A stretch of 64,000 bases of DNA from Candidatus Latescibacterota bacterium (GCA_965116875.1 OZ220733.1:192001-256000), one strand, 5' to 3'; positions 1-9,527 are shown, counted from the first letter of the stretch. Program-made: numbers and translations. Notes: generated by a model from the sequence alone, not told the origin.

Positions 1-20
1 TCCTTAACGGACTTGCTCAT
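1..20 (-). CDS. 5' end of a gene running off the window (MSKSVK...)
   Basis: Minus-strand ATG at 20-18 preceded by GGAGG RBS; sigma70-like promoter at 139-111. Confidence 0.5.
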
Positions 21-110
21 TCACTCGCCTCCAGATTATTGGAACGCCGGATCAATTGATTTCATCAGGTGCAGGGCGACAGTATGTTGCGATGCAGATC
101 CACGGCGAAA

Positions 111-139
111 AACATACATCGCCACCCGGCTTTTGTCAA
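111..139 (-). promoter_or_regulatory. sigma70-like promoter for the leftward gene
   Basis: TTGACA (139-134), 17-bp spacer, TATGTT (116-111). Confidence 0.6.
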
Positions 140-182
140 CGGCTATTTTCAACTGGTTGCGCCGCCGCAATCCCGATAACCG

Positions 183-211
183 TTGACTCACACAGCCCTC
201 CGGCATAGTTT
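183..211 (+). promoter_or_regulatory. sigma70-like promoter upstream of mazG
   Basis: TTGACT (183-188), 17-bp spacer, TAGTTT (206-211). Confidence 0.55.
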
Positions 212-366
212 GTCGTCACGCGAAGAACCGGCCCTACCAAGCCTGGGCCACGCCCTGGATTCGCAAGTGGCGATCTCCGGCGCCCGGTCTTCCACCGCCT
301 GTATCATCCCGTTGGAAGCGTCCATCGGATCGACCCTGTCAACGGACTGTCAACGAGGACCCCGGA

Positions 367-1173
367 ATGTCCGAACTCGATCGACTCGTCAAGCTCATGG
401 CACGGCTGCGCGGCCCTGACGGCTGTCCCTGGGACCGCGAGCAGACCCACCAGAGCCTGAAACCCTATCTGATTGAGGAAGCCTACGAAGCCCTGGATGC
501 CATCGACAGGGACGACGACGATGGTTTGCGGGACGAACTGGGCGACGTGCTCCTTCAGATCGTCTTTCACGCACAACTTGCCCGGGAAGAATGCAGGTTC
601 ACGCTCGAAGACGTGGCAGCGTCCACGTCCGAAAAGCTCATCCGCAGGCATCCGCATGTATTCGGGGACGCCTCCGCGAACACCCCCGGACAGGTCGTCG
701 AAACCTGGGAAGCCGTCAAATCGCGGGAAAAACGGGAAAGGGGCCTGAGTCCATCCATCCTCGACGGCATACCCCGGCAACTTCCCGCGCTGCTCAGGGC
801 ACGGCGCGTTCAGGAACGGGCGGCCCGTTCCGGATTCGACTGGACGGATACGGAAGAGGTTGTGAACAAAGTGCGGGAAGAAGTGGACGAGTTTCTCGAG
901 GCGTGGCGGGACGCGGACGAAAAGGGCATGGAAGAAGAACTTGGGGATCTCCTGTTCTCCTTGGTAAACCTCGCGAGGTTTCTGCGGGTCTGCCCGGAAG
1001 AAGCGCTGCGGAAGACGGTTGGAAAATTCGAGAACCGCTTCAGCTTTATAGAACAGGAACTTGAAAAGCAGGGAAAGAGCCCGCAGAGTGCCAGTCTGGA
1101 AGAAATGGACCGGCTGTGGGAGGTTTCCAAGAAAAACCAATCGAAGAATGAGATCGCCGATCGCGACTCATGA
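367..1173 (+). CDS. mazG: Nucleoside triphosphate pyrophosphohydrolase MazG (tandem domain)
   Basis: LRGPDGCPWDREQT, EEAYE...DELGDVLLQ, RRHPHVFG, second EEVDE...EELGDLLF motif. Confidence 0.95.
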   Translation: MSELDRLVKLMARLRGPDGCPWDREQTHQSLKPYLIEEAYEALDAIDRDDDDGLRDELGDVLLQIVFHAQLAREECRFTLEDVAASTSEKLIRRHPHVFGDASANTPGQVVETWEAVKSREKRERGLSPSILDGIPRQLPALLRARRVQERAARSGFDWTDTEEVVNKVREEVDEFLEAWRDADEKGMEEELGDLLFSLVNLARFLRVCPEEALRKTVGKFENRFSFIEQELEKQGKSPQSASLEEMDRLWEVSKKNQSKNEIADRDS

Positions 1174-1197
1174 CAGTCCGTTGAATGAAACCCGAAC

Positions 1198-2154
1198 TCA
1201 CCGCCCTGCCACGCGTTCATACACCTGTACAGCCGCCATCAGGTCCTGGATCGCCATTCCGGTGAAATAGGCGATCGCGCCCCGGCCGCGCCGGTCTTCC
1301 AGGCGGCCCAGCGCCGCGTCTCCAATGGTCAGCACGCGCCCCTCACGGTCTGTCGCGAACCGGTCCCCGCCCAGACCGGCCAACAGGAAATCCCCGGACT
1401 TCAGAACCTGTTCGGGATGGTCTGCGACCACCTCCCGGCTGTTCAACAGCCCGGGGTTGAGTTGAGCCGTCCTCGGGTCGCCCGCGATGACGGACAGGTG
1501 CATCGTGTCGCCCACGTCCCGCCTTCCAAGGATCGGGCGGGGCGTGGGAACCGCCGTCAGCACGGCATCGGCGCCCTCCAGGCAGTCGCCAATGGCGTTC
1601 GTACTCCGTATACGGGCGTTCACCTTCGGTTGCACGTACGCGGCGAACGCCTCGACGTTGGCCGCGCTGCGGCTGGTCGCCCTGATTTCCCGCGGACCGA
1701 GGGCAGCGTCGGCGCACAGGGCAAGCGCGCGTGATATGCGACCTGTCCCCACAATCGCCAGCGCCTCCGTACTGCCGGCAAGATAGCGGACACCGAGGGC
1801 GCCCGCGGCGCCCGTCCGCATATTGGTGAGATATTCCGCATCCAGTTCGGCGCTCCGGCCCGTGGCGACGTCCTCCAGTTCGATCACCGCGGTGCGCTCC
1901 GAAAGCCGCCCGGACGAGACATCCGACCGCTCCACGATCACCTTCCTCGCACGGTAACGCCCGGGCCACTCGGCCGGCATCTCCAGGCGAAACAGGTCCG
2001 CGCCTCCCGTCCTTCGCACCTCTTCACGTCGCGGCGGATTCAGCGCCTCACCCGACCCATAGAGGCGAAACGCCCGGTCACAGCTTTCGACAACTTCCCC
2101 CGGGGACAGGTTTTCCGCGATTTCGGTATCCGAGATCCTTAATGTTTCTTCCAC
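1198..2154 (-). CDS. Ornithine cyclodeaminase / mu-crystallin family imine reductase
   Basis: LTNMRTGAAGALG, Rossmann VGTGRIS, C-terminal FTGMAIQDL; GTG start 2154 after GGAGG. Confidence 0.85.
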   Translation of the reverse strand: MEETLRISDTEIAENLSPGEVVESCDRAFRLYGSGEALNPPRREEVRRTGGADLFRLEMPAEWPGRYRARKVIVERSDVSSGRLSERTAVIELEDVATGRSAELDAEYLTNMRTGAAGALGVRYLAGSTEALAIVGTGRISRALALCADAALGPREIRATSRSAANVEAFAAYVQPKVNARIRSTNAIGDCLEGADAVLTAVPTPRPILGRRDVGDTMHLSVIAGDPRTAQLNPGLLNSREVVADHPEQVLKSGDFLLAGLGGDRFATDREGRVLTIGDAALGRLEDRRGRGAIAYFTGMAIQDLMAAVQVYERVAGR

Positions 2155-2369
2155 TCGTCCACCCTCCATTGCATCTTCCCCGAAACGGATTCCACTCAAG
2201 CGAACTTACGCGACTGCTGGCAAAATGGAAAGCGAAATATGTGAGGAGCCCGCGAGGTTCCGACCCGTTTCAGGCGCGGAAATTCGACTTGACGGGCCCT
2301 GCCTCCGGAACAATATTGGAAGTCCGTTTCAAGAAATTCCGGCCCCAGATACCCAAAACGAGGCGCTTC

Positions 2370-3536
2370 ATGAGGATTACGGACGTTGAGACGTTTATTG
2401 CGGGCAACCCGTGGAAGAACTGGCTGTTCACACGCGTGCATACCGACGAGGGGGTATACGGCGTTGGCGAAGGCACGGTCAATTTCATGGCCAGGACCGT
2501 TGAGTCGGCGATCCACGAACTCAGGCCGCAGTGGGAAGGCCAGGACCCGTTCCAGCCCGAACGCATCGTCCAGCGGATGTACCGCGACGTGTACACGGAC
2601 GGCGGTCAGATTCACAAGCACGCGGTTGCGGCAATCGAAGTCGCGTGCTGGGACATCATGGGCAAGTGCCTGAACAAGCCCGTCTACCAGCTTCTGGGCG
2701 GCGAAATGCGCGACAGGATCCGCGCCTATGCGAACGGCTGGTATCGCGGTCCGCGGACGCCGGAGAACTTTCACGAGAAAGCGCTTGATGTCGTCCGCCG
2801 CGGGTACACGGCGCTTAAATTCGATCCTTTCGGTTCCGCCTACCAGATTACGGACCTGGATGACGAGGCGCTGGCCGTCGACATCATCGCGGCGGTCCGC
2901 GACGCCGTGGGACCGGGCGTGGACGTTCTCGTGGAGGGCCACTGCCGGTTCAACACGTCCACCGCCCTCAAATTCGCCCGCAAAATGGAATCCAGCAACC
3001 CAACCTGGTTCGAGGAACCGACACCTCACCACAAAATCGATGCCCTCGTCAGGGTCGCGAGAGAGTCGCCGGTTCCCATCGCCACGGGGGAAAGCCTCCA
3101 CACGAAATACCAGTTTGCGGAACTGCTGAAGCACGACGTCGTACATATCCTTCAGCCGGAGCCGCTGGCATGCGGCGGAATCTGGTCAACCCGGATGATC
3201 TGCGATATGGTCGACGCGCACTACGGCGTGGTCGCGCCGCACGACGCGCAGGGCCCCGTCTGCACCGCCATCTGTCTGCAGCTCGCGGCGTGTACTCCCA
3301 ACCACTTCATTCAGGAAACCTTCGACGAATTCAACGTGGCGTGGGAACGGGACCTGGTAACCGGCGAAAAGTATGAGGTCGTCGACGGGTACTTCAGCCT
3401 GCCCGCCGCACCCGGACTGGGCATCGACCTCAACGTGGAGGAGATTCGCAAACACCCCTATTCGGTGAACAACCACCTGCCGCTGTTCAGGGACGGTTGG
3501 GAACGCCGCGTTTCCCAGGAGGAGGTGATGTCATGA
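2370..3536 (+). CDS. Mandelate racemase/muconate lactonizing enzyme family, galactonate dehydratase-like
   Basis: MRITDVETF start, WDIMGK..PVYQLLGG, AYANGW, KFDPF, metal ligands EGH/WFEEP/TGE; ORF-track start 2142 is an upstream extension. Confidence 0.9.
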   Translation: MRITDVETFIAGNPWKNWLFTRVHTDEGVYGVGEGTVNFMARTVESAIHELRPQWEGQDPFQPERIVQRMYRDVYTDGGQIHKHAVAAIEVACWDIMGKCLNKPVYQLLGGEMRDRIRAYANGWYRGPRTPENFHEKALDVVRRGYTALKFDPFGSAYQITDLDDEALAVDIIAAVRDAVGPGVDVLVEGHCRFNTSTALKFARKMESSNPTWFEEPTPHHKIDALVRVARESPVPIATGESLHTKYQFAELLKHDVVHILQPEPLACGGIWSTRMICDMVDAHYGVVAPHDAQGPVCTAICLQLAACTPNHFIQETFDEFNVAWERDLVTGEKYEVVDGYFSLPAAPGLGIDLNVEEIRKHPYSVNNHLPLFRDGWERRVSQEEVMS

Positions 3537-4903
3537 ACGTCGTCTTCATTGTACTCGACAGCTTCCGACAGGATCACGTGAGCCTGTACCACCGGGGCGT
3601 ATCCGCCTTTCCAGGTATCGACCCGTGCAGGACGCCCAACATAGACGCATTCGCCGGGGAGGCGGTGGTCTTTGACAACGCCTATCCGGAAGCCTTGCCG
3701 ACGATCCCGATCCGATGCCAGCTGATGACCGGACAGCGTACGCTGCACAGCCGCGGATGGCAACCCCTGACCGCGGAAGACGTACACATCGCCCAGATCC
3801 TCTCCGAAGAGGGATACGTCTGCGGACTCGTCACCGATACCTACCACTATCGCGCACCCGGAATGAACTACCACCGAAATTTCGCTTCTTACGACTGGAT
3901 CCGAGGCCAGGAATACGATCCCTGGATCAGTGCGCCAACCCGGCGCAACCTGGATGACTACGTCAACGGAAATTTCCCGGAGACCTGGGGCCGGCGCATC
4001 TCACAGTTCCTGGCCAACACCGACGGCTTCCACACGAAGGAGGACGAATTCGCGTGGAAGGTGGTCGACAGCGCCATCAACTGGCTGGAATCGAACCGGG
4101 CGCACGAAAACGTGATGCTCTGGGTGGATTCGTTCGACCCTCACGAACCGTGGGATCCCGTTCCGGAATTCGACAGCTACACCGATCCCGGGTACCGGGG
4201 GCCACGCCTCATCATGCCAATGGGCGGACCGTCGGAAGACTGGGCCTCATTGGACGAGGTCTCCCATATCCAGGGTCTCTACGCGGGCGAATGCGCCTTT
4301 GTGGACCACTGCCTGGGGCGGCTGTTCGAAGCCCTCAGAAACCTGGGATATTACGACGACAGCGTCATCTTTCTGCTGGCCGACCACGGGCATCCCCTGA
4401 ATGACCACGGGAAATTTCTGAAGGGCGCGGACCGGATGTACAACGAATTGCTCAGGGTACCGTTCATGGTCAGACTGCCGGGAGGGAAACACGGGGGTCG
4501 TCGGACGTCGGCGATCGTACAGTACCAGGACGTGCTGCCCACCCTCCTCGACGCGCTCGGTCTGGACGGCAGCGCCGACGCCATGGCGGGACGGAGTTTC
4601 ATGTCCGTTCTCAAGGGCGATGCGGACGAACACCGGCGGACGATGATCACCGGTTATCACGGCGGAATCGACCGCTGCACCCGCGACAGGACCTGGAGCT
4701 ATATCCAGCGCCCCGCGGGCGAACCCGACGAACTGTACCATCTTGCGGACGACCCGAAGGAAGAAGACAACCTGATCGACGATCACCCGGACGAGGCCCT
4801 GCGCCTGGCCGGCGCGTTCGGCAAGGTGTTCAAGCGCCGATCTTCGAATACCGTAAAAGGCGTCCAGGGAGAATACGAAATGGCCTCGTCGAGCATCGAC
4901 TGA
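3533..4903 (+). CDS. Sulfatase-like hydrolase (alkaline phosphatase superfamily) with Thr at the nucleophile position
   Basis: VFIVLDSFRQDH, PTIPIRCQLMTG, DPHEPW, ADHG, ELYHLADDP; ATGA overlap with upstream stop. Confidence 0.9.
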   Translation: MNVVFIVLDSFRQDHVSLYHRGVSAFPGIDPCRTPNIDAFAGEAVVFDNAYPEALPTIPIRCQLMTGQRTLHSRGWQPLTAEDVHIAQILSEEGYVCGLVTDTYHYRAPGMNYHRNFASYDWIRGQEYDPWISAPTRRNLDDYVNGNFPETWGRRISQFLANTDGFHTKEDEFAWKVVDSAINWLESNRAHENVMLWVDSFDPHEPWDPVPEFDSYTDPGYRGPRLIMPMGGPSEDWASLDEVSHIQGLYAGECAFVDHCLGRLFEALRNLGYYDDSVIFLLADHGHPLNDHGKFLKGADRMYNELLRVPFMVRLPGGKHGGRRTSAIVQYQDVLPTLLDALGLDGSADAMAGRSFMSVLKGDADEHRRTMITGYHGGIDRCTRDRTWSYIQRPAGEPDELYHLADDPKEEDNLIDDHPDEALRLAGAFGKVFKRRSSNTVKGVQGEYEMASSSID

Positions 4904-4955
4904 ACCGGCGCCATTGAATTCCGCCGCGAACAACCCACCCAAAGAAGGAGACCCC

Positions 4956-5696
4956 GTGGAAAATCCCGTCAAAGCGAAACTCCTCAGGGGCGAACTGTCC
5001 CTGGGCGGCTGGCTGAACCTGGGTTCCCCACTCGCCGCAGAGGTCATGGCGGCCGCCGGATACGAGTGGCTGGCGATAGACGCGGAGCACTCGCCGTTCG
5101 ACATCCCCCTGATCGCGGACACGTTCCGCGCGATCGAGGCGCGGGGCGCCGTGCCCTTCGTCCGCGCGTGGGACCACGATCCGGTATCGCTGGCGCGCAT
5201 CCTGGACGCCGGCGCCTACGGCATCATCGTGCCGCACGTAAGCACGCCCCGGCAGGCCGAAGCCCTGGTGCAGGCCATGCGCTATCCCCCCGAAGGGGCC
5301 AGGTCCGCCGGCACGGGTCGTGTCGCCGTGTACGGCGACGCGTATCGCGGGAGCGCCAACGACGCGGTGATGATCGTACCCCAGATCGAAGACATGGAGG
5401 GGATCAACAACACGGAAGCCATCATGTCCGTCGAGGGAATCGACGTCGGATTCCTGGGGCCCGGCGACCTGGCCCTGTCAATGGGTGTGAACCGGGGGCA
5501 TCCGGACCACGAAGACGCCATACAGACGTTCGTATCGGGATGTAAGAGAGCCGGCAAGCCATACGGAATGCCGGAACGCGACCTGGAGATCGTCCGGAAA
5601 CGCATTCGCGAGGGATTCACGTTCATGGACGTCGCCAGCGATCTGCGCGCCCTGGAAGCAGCCGTACAGGGTGCGTTGGCCGATGTAAGGGTCTGA
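4956..5696 (+). CDS. HpcH/HpaI aldolase family
   Basis: WLAIDAEHS, LDAGAYGIIVPHV, RYPPEGAR, QIED, LGPGDLALSMG; GTG start after AAGGAG. Confidence 0.92.
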   Translation: MENPVKAKLLRGELSLGGWLNLGSPLAAEVMAAAGYEWLAIDAEHSPFDIPLIADTFRAIEARGAVPFVRAWDHDPVSLARILDAGAYGIIVPHVSTPRQAEALVQAMRYPPEGARSAGTGRVAVYGDAYRGSANDAVMIVPQIEDMEGINNTEAIMSVEGIDVGFLGPGDLALSMGVNRGHPDHEDAIQTFVSGCKRAGKPYGMPERDLEIVRKRIREGFTFMDVASDLRALEAAVQGALADVRV

Positions 5697-5706
5697 CGCG
5701 GCAGGC

Positions 5707-5731
5707 AGGCGACCAAAGGGGTCGCCCCTAC
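5707..5731 (-). repeat. GTAG-type REP palindrome
   Basis: Reverse complement GTAGGGGCGACCCCTTTGGTCGCCT; same family as copies at 26.9, 30.3, 31.9 and 32.0 kb. Confidence 0.7.
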
Positions 5732-5762
5732 AAATGCAACGTCGCCACGGAAGCACGATCGA

Positions 5763-6971
5763 TCAGACCAGATTCCCCTCCGCGCGACTGTTCGAACCCG
5801 TCACCACAACCGGTTCCCGCATCCCCACGCACATATTGCCGCCGATCAGGTTGTAGTCGCTGGACCCGCTCTCCACGATGCCACAGGTCTGCGTGGGAAC
5901 CGTCTGATCGTCGGCGCATCGGTTTCCCCGCACAATCGTCCGGTCCAGGTCATGCATCCGGATCCCGGGCCATCGACCCGGCGCTTCCTGCGAGTTGCTC
6001 AACAGCAGGTTTCCCGAAAGCAACTGCTCCTCGCCCCGGCTGGCGTCGATCCCGCTGCGTCCGTTGTAAGCGCAGACATTGTCGCTGACGATGTTATGAT
6101 GATCGCCTCCATTCGCCACCCCGCCGATACCGTGCTGACCGTTGCGCGAAAACACGCTGTCACTGCACACCGTATGGTGCACGCGGGCGCAGAAGAAGAA
6201 GCCGTCGCCGCCGTTGCCTTCGGCGATATTGTGGGACCAGACGCTTGCTCGCAGGGTTGTGCCGGGATGAAACCCGTGACCGCGGCACCCGTGCGCCTGG
6301 CATTGCATCACCTGGACGTCGCTGCCTCGTTGGATCCCGAAGCCGTCGCTGGGCCAGTCCGACACCGTGCAATTCACCACTCTCACGCGCCGGCATCCAA
6401 CCAGATGGACCGCCGCGTACGTAAAATCCCACCAGGGTCCCCGGTACTGTTCCGGACCCCGTATGGTCAGGCCCTGAATCTCGATATCGACCTTATGCAG
6501 TGCGTAAATCGCCGGAAAGAGGCGCACGGCCCGCGCATTGTCCGCCACCCTCAAGTCCCGTTCCACCGGCGCGTCGATCCGTACACTGGCGCCGCTTCGC
6601 TCGAGTACGATGCCGTGGGTACCGTGCCAGCCGGTCTGCCGATCGTCGCACAGCCCGACAGCGTCGCCCTCCCGGAAGGGCGGGCGCGTGCTGCAATCGA
6701 ACTCGTTCCCGCCCTCGTGTACGTCTTGCTTCAGAGCGACCGACTCCGGGGGCCGTATCGCCAGGACGGTTGCGGGCCCATCGCCGATCAGGCTCACGCT
6801 ACCGGGCAGATCAATCGACTGCCGCAACAGGTAGGCGCCCGCGGGCGCGCGGACCCGTCCTCCATCGGGAGGCAGAGACGCGATCGCGTCGGCAATCCCG
6901 CACGTGGGTGATTCCGGATCGTAGAAATCCGCGACATTGACTTCGCCGCGGGGTCCCGGCGACTCTGCCAT
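5763..6971 (-). CDS. Right-handed parallel beta-helix (pectate lyase/NosD-like) protein
   Basis: GIADAIASLP..GGRV..PAGAY N-cap, repeated N/G-rich rungs (NGGDG, NGQHGI, NGRSGI). Confidence 0.8.
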   Translation of the reverse strand: MAESPGPRGEVNVADFYDPESPTCGIADAIASLPPDGGRVRAPAGAYLLRQSIDLPGSVSLIGDGPATVLAIRPPESVALKQDVHEGGNEFDCSTRPPFREGDAVGLCDDRQTGWHGTHGIVLERSGASVRIDAPVERDLRVADNARAVRLFPAIYALHKVDIEIQGLTIRGPEQYRGPWWDFTYAAVHLVGCRRVRVVNCTVSDWPSDGFGIQRGSDVQVMQCQAHGCRGHGFHPGTTLRASVWSHNIAEGNGGDGFFFCARVHHTVCSDSVFSRNGQHGIGGVANGGDHHNIVSDNVCAYNGRSGIDASRGEEQLLSGNLLLSNSQEAPGRWPGIRMHDLDRTIVRGNRCADDQTVPTQTCGIVESGSSDYNLIGGNMCVGMREPVVVTGSNSRAEGNLV

Positions 6972-7032
6972 GACGGTCCTCCCCTTCGATCGACGGCATC
7001 CGATACCGCACCCCACACCCTGGACTGCACGC

Positions 7033-7761
7033 TCAGACCGCCGGCGGCTCCAGAAGGACCGTCACGCCCATATCCAGGTATTTCGAACGATGTTCCGCCG
7101 CGGCGATCCGGTGACACACGGCCACGCCGGTTCCCCGGAGAGACCTTGCCACGTAAGCCACGGCGTCATCGACCGACTTCAGGGCGTGATTGGGGTGCGA
7201 TCTGAGGTTGAACGCCAGGTCGGTGGGTCCGAACGAAAGGCAATCCACACCGGGCCTGGCCAGAAAATGCGCCCGGGTCGCGGCCTCCACCGACTCGACC
7301 TGCAGCCACAGCACACCGTATGCGTTCCACCAGTGCGCATATTCGAAAGGATCGGTGTACGTCGACGCACCGCGCCGCGATCGTCCGCCAATGCTCCGTA
7401 TCCCCGCCTGCGGATAGTAGAACGCGTTCACCGCCTCGATCGCCGTCTCGTCCGTCTCCGTCTGCGGCACCTCGATTCCACACGGTCCGAGATCCAGGTA
7501 ATTCCCGATGAGGTACGCGTTCCTCGTGTGTTTGATGCGGAACTGAACGAATACGTCCAATTCCTCAGCGATGCCGCAGAATTCCTCCAATCGCTCTTCA
7601 TTGAGCGCCGAATGCTGGCTGTCCGTCGATACGAAATCGTACGGTCCGCTGTCCATCACCTGCAGGAAACGCTCCCGGGTCGCATTCAGCGGCAGCATGG
7701 TACCGACGATCCGCTCTCCATCGCGAATCCTTTTCTTCAGTCCAACAGCGTTTTCGAACAT
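7033..7761 (-). CDS. HpcH/HpaI aldolase/citrate lyase family
   Basis: DSQHS, YLDLGPCGIEVPQ, YYPQAGIRS, LQVES, FGPTDL. Confidence 0.85.
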   Translation of the reverse strand: MFENAVGLKKRIRDGERIVGTMLPLNATRERFLQVMDSGPYDFVSTDSQHSALNEERLEEFCGIAEELDVFVQFRIKHTRNAYLIGNYLDLGPCGIEVPQTETDETAIEAVNAFYYPQAGIRSIGGRSRRGASTYTDPFEYAHWWNAYGVLWLQVESVEAATRAHFLARPGVDCLSFGPTDLAFNLRSHPNHALKSVDDAVAYVARSLRGTGVAVCHRIAAAEHRSKYLDMGVTVLLEPPAV

Positions 7762-7927
7762 TGTACCTCCACCATTATCGGGGTTCACGGGGCGAAAAAG
7801 CGTAAATTATCGCGGGGAGCGTGGAAAATTCGCTGTTTTTCCGTTGGTAGGGTCAGGATAACTTTCTATATTTGGTTTTAGAGGAAATAACTCGAACCGA
7901 AAGTCCCAACAGATCGGAGACACGCTT

Positions 7928-8158
7928 ATGGCAACCGCAACACCCGCCGACGCCGATTTTGACAATCGCCTGTCCGCCGTTGAATCCCGCCTGTCACGCC
8001 TGGAGGGAATCGTTGAGCAGATGGACAAACGCTTGACGGCCATCGAGCAGCGCCTTGCCAGCCTGGACTCACGCGTCGAGTCCGGTTTCCGCTGGATTAT
8101 CGGTATCCAGTTCACAACGCTTGTAGCGCTTGGCACGCTGATTCTCGTCAAGCTGTAA
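7928..8158 (+). CDS. Small coiled-coil protein with C-terminal membrane anchor
   Basis: Heptad repeats RLSAVESRLSRLE/RLTAIEQRL, then FRWIIGIQF hydrophobic tail; GGAGA RBS. Confidence 0.75.
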   Translation: MATATPADADFDNRLSAVESRLSRLEGIVEQMDKRLTAIEQRLASLDSRVESGFRWIIGIQFTTLVALGTLILVKL

Positions 8159-8288
8159 CTCCCATATCGCCGCCGTCACGGCGGGGGATGCCGTCGCGCA
8201 CCGTTTGCGGCAGGTCCTCATCGTCCCCGTTTTCGCCCGTCTTCAGGATTCGGTGTCGCGGGTGGTCGCAGATCGACCTTCCTCGCCG

Positions 8289-9527
8289 TCAGCGCAAGTC
8301 TGCCGCGTGCGTTCTCACCTTCTCAAACGCCCTGCAAAGATCCGTCATCTTCGCTTCGGAGGCGAGCAGCACCGTCTGGGACAGCCAGATCCGGTCTTTA
8401 CAGGCCGCTTCCACGTTCGGCAGATGAAGACTTCGATAGTCGGGCGCTTCATCCATCGTGGTCCAGGCGTAGGGTCTGTACGCGCCGGCCTTCCAGTCGT
8501 TCTGAAATACGGGATTCCGATAGACCGGCTCGGTATAGCCTCCACTGGCGGGCACCCCTTCCGCTCTGAGCGCCTGAAGGAACCGCTCCCGGGATACCCC
8601 GTCGAATTCCTCCGGTTCGTACCTGGCGCTGAAAATGTGCCAGCTCGCTCTTGTCGCTTCAGGAAGTCTTTCGACCGGCTCGACGCCGTCGAGCCGCGAC
8701 AGCGTCCGGGTCAGCATCGCGGCATTCTGTTCCCGGATATCCGTCTGCCTTTCAACGCGCTCCAGCTGGCACAACAGGATCGCGGCCGAAAAATCCGTCA
8801 TTCGATGGTTGCCGCCCCATCGGTGACCCTCGGGCACACGGTCGAACCGGGACTGTCCCGAGTTGATCACGCAGTTCATCCGGTCGGCCACGTCTTCGTC
8901 GTTCGTCAGCGCGATGCCGCCTTCTCCGGAAGTGATATTCTTGCTTCGCTGAAAACTGAAGCCCGATGCCAGGCCCCAACTTCCCAGCCCCCGGCCTATA
9001 TACGACGCCCCCCAGCCGTGGCAGGCGTCTTCCAGCACGACGAGATCGTGGCGATCCGCAATGCTCAGGATTCGCCGCATATCACACGCCAGGCCGCCGA
9101 AATGCACCACCATGATCGCCTTCGTTCGGGGGGTAATCGCCGCTTCAATCGCATCGGGGTCGATATTGTCCGAATTCGGAGCGATGTCCGCAAAGGTCAC
9201 CGTCGCTCCCGCGGCCAGAATTCCCATACAGGTGCCATGGAACGTATACGGACTGGTGATCACTTCGTCTCCAATGCCGATCTGTGCGCCCCGGCACGCA
9301 GCTTCCAGCGCATTGGTGCCCCCGTTGCAAACCACCCCGTATGCGGCATCCTGAAAACAGGCGAATTTCTCCTCGAATTCCTGACACCTGGGGCCATGGT
9401 TCCAGTTCCGGCTGCGCAACACCTCCAGCAACATGGTCTCTTCAGTCTCGTCGAACTGCGGCCAGGGATCCGCAATCCGCTGCGCAAGCTCGGGCTCTCC
9501 GCCAAACAATGCGAGTCGGTTGGACAT
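8289..9527 (-). CDS. DegT/DnrJ/EryC1/StrS family PLP aminotransferase
   Basis: LALFGG.P, NGGTNAL, GDEVI, AITPRTKAIMVVH, EDACH, SFQRSKNITSGEGG. Confidence 0.93.
   Translation of the reverse strand: MSNRLALFGGEPELAQRIADPWPQFDETEETMLLEVLRSRNWNHGPRCQEFEEKFACFQDAAYGVVCNGGTNALEAACRGAQIGIGDEVITSPYTFHGTCMGILAAGATVTFADIAPNSDNIDPDAIEAAITPRTKAIMVVHFGGLACDMRRILSIADRHDLVVLEDACHGWGASYIGRGLGSWGLASGFSFQRSKNITSGEGGIALTNDEDVADRMNCVINSGQSRFDRVPEGHRWGGNHRMTDFSAAILLCQLERVERQTDIREQNAAMLTRTLSRLDGVEPVERLPEATRASWHIFSARYEPEEFDGVSRERFLQALRAEGVPASGGYTEPVYRNPVFQNDWKAGAYRPYAWTTMDEAPDYRSLHLPNVEAACKDRIWLSQTVLLASEAKMTDLCRAFEKVRTHAADLR

Noticed and set aside
220-298. Possible tRNA-Sec (GAAGA...TCTTCCA ends)
   Set aside because: No TCA anticodon arm or GTTCGA T-loop; kept only as an unassigned structured leader
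2142-2369. N-terminal extensions in the ORF track (also 15202-15549, 18107-18223, 21918-22253, 58786-58944)
   Set aside because: They overlap neighbouring genes, and family motifs plus RBS support the downstream starts
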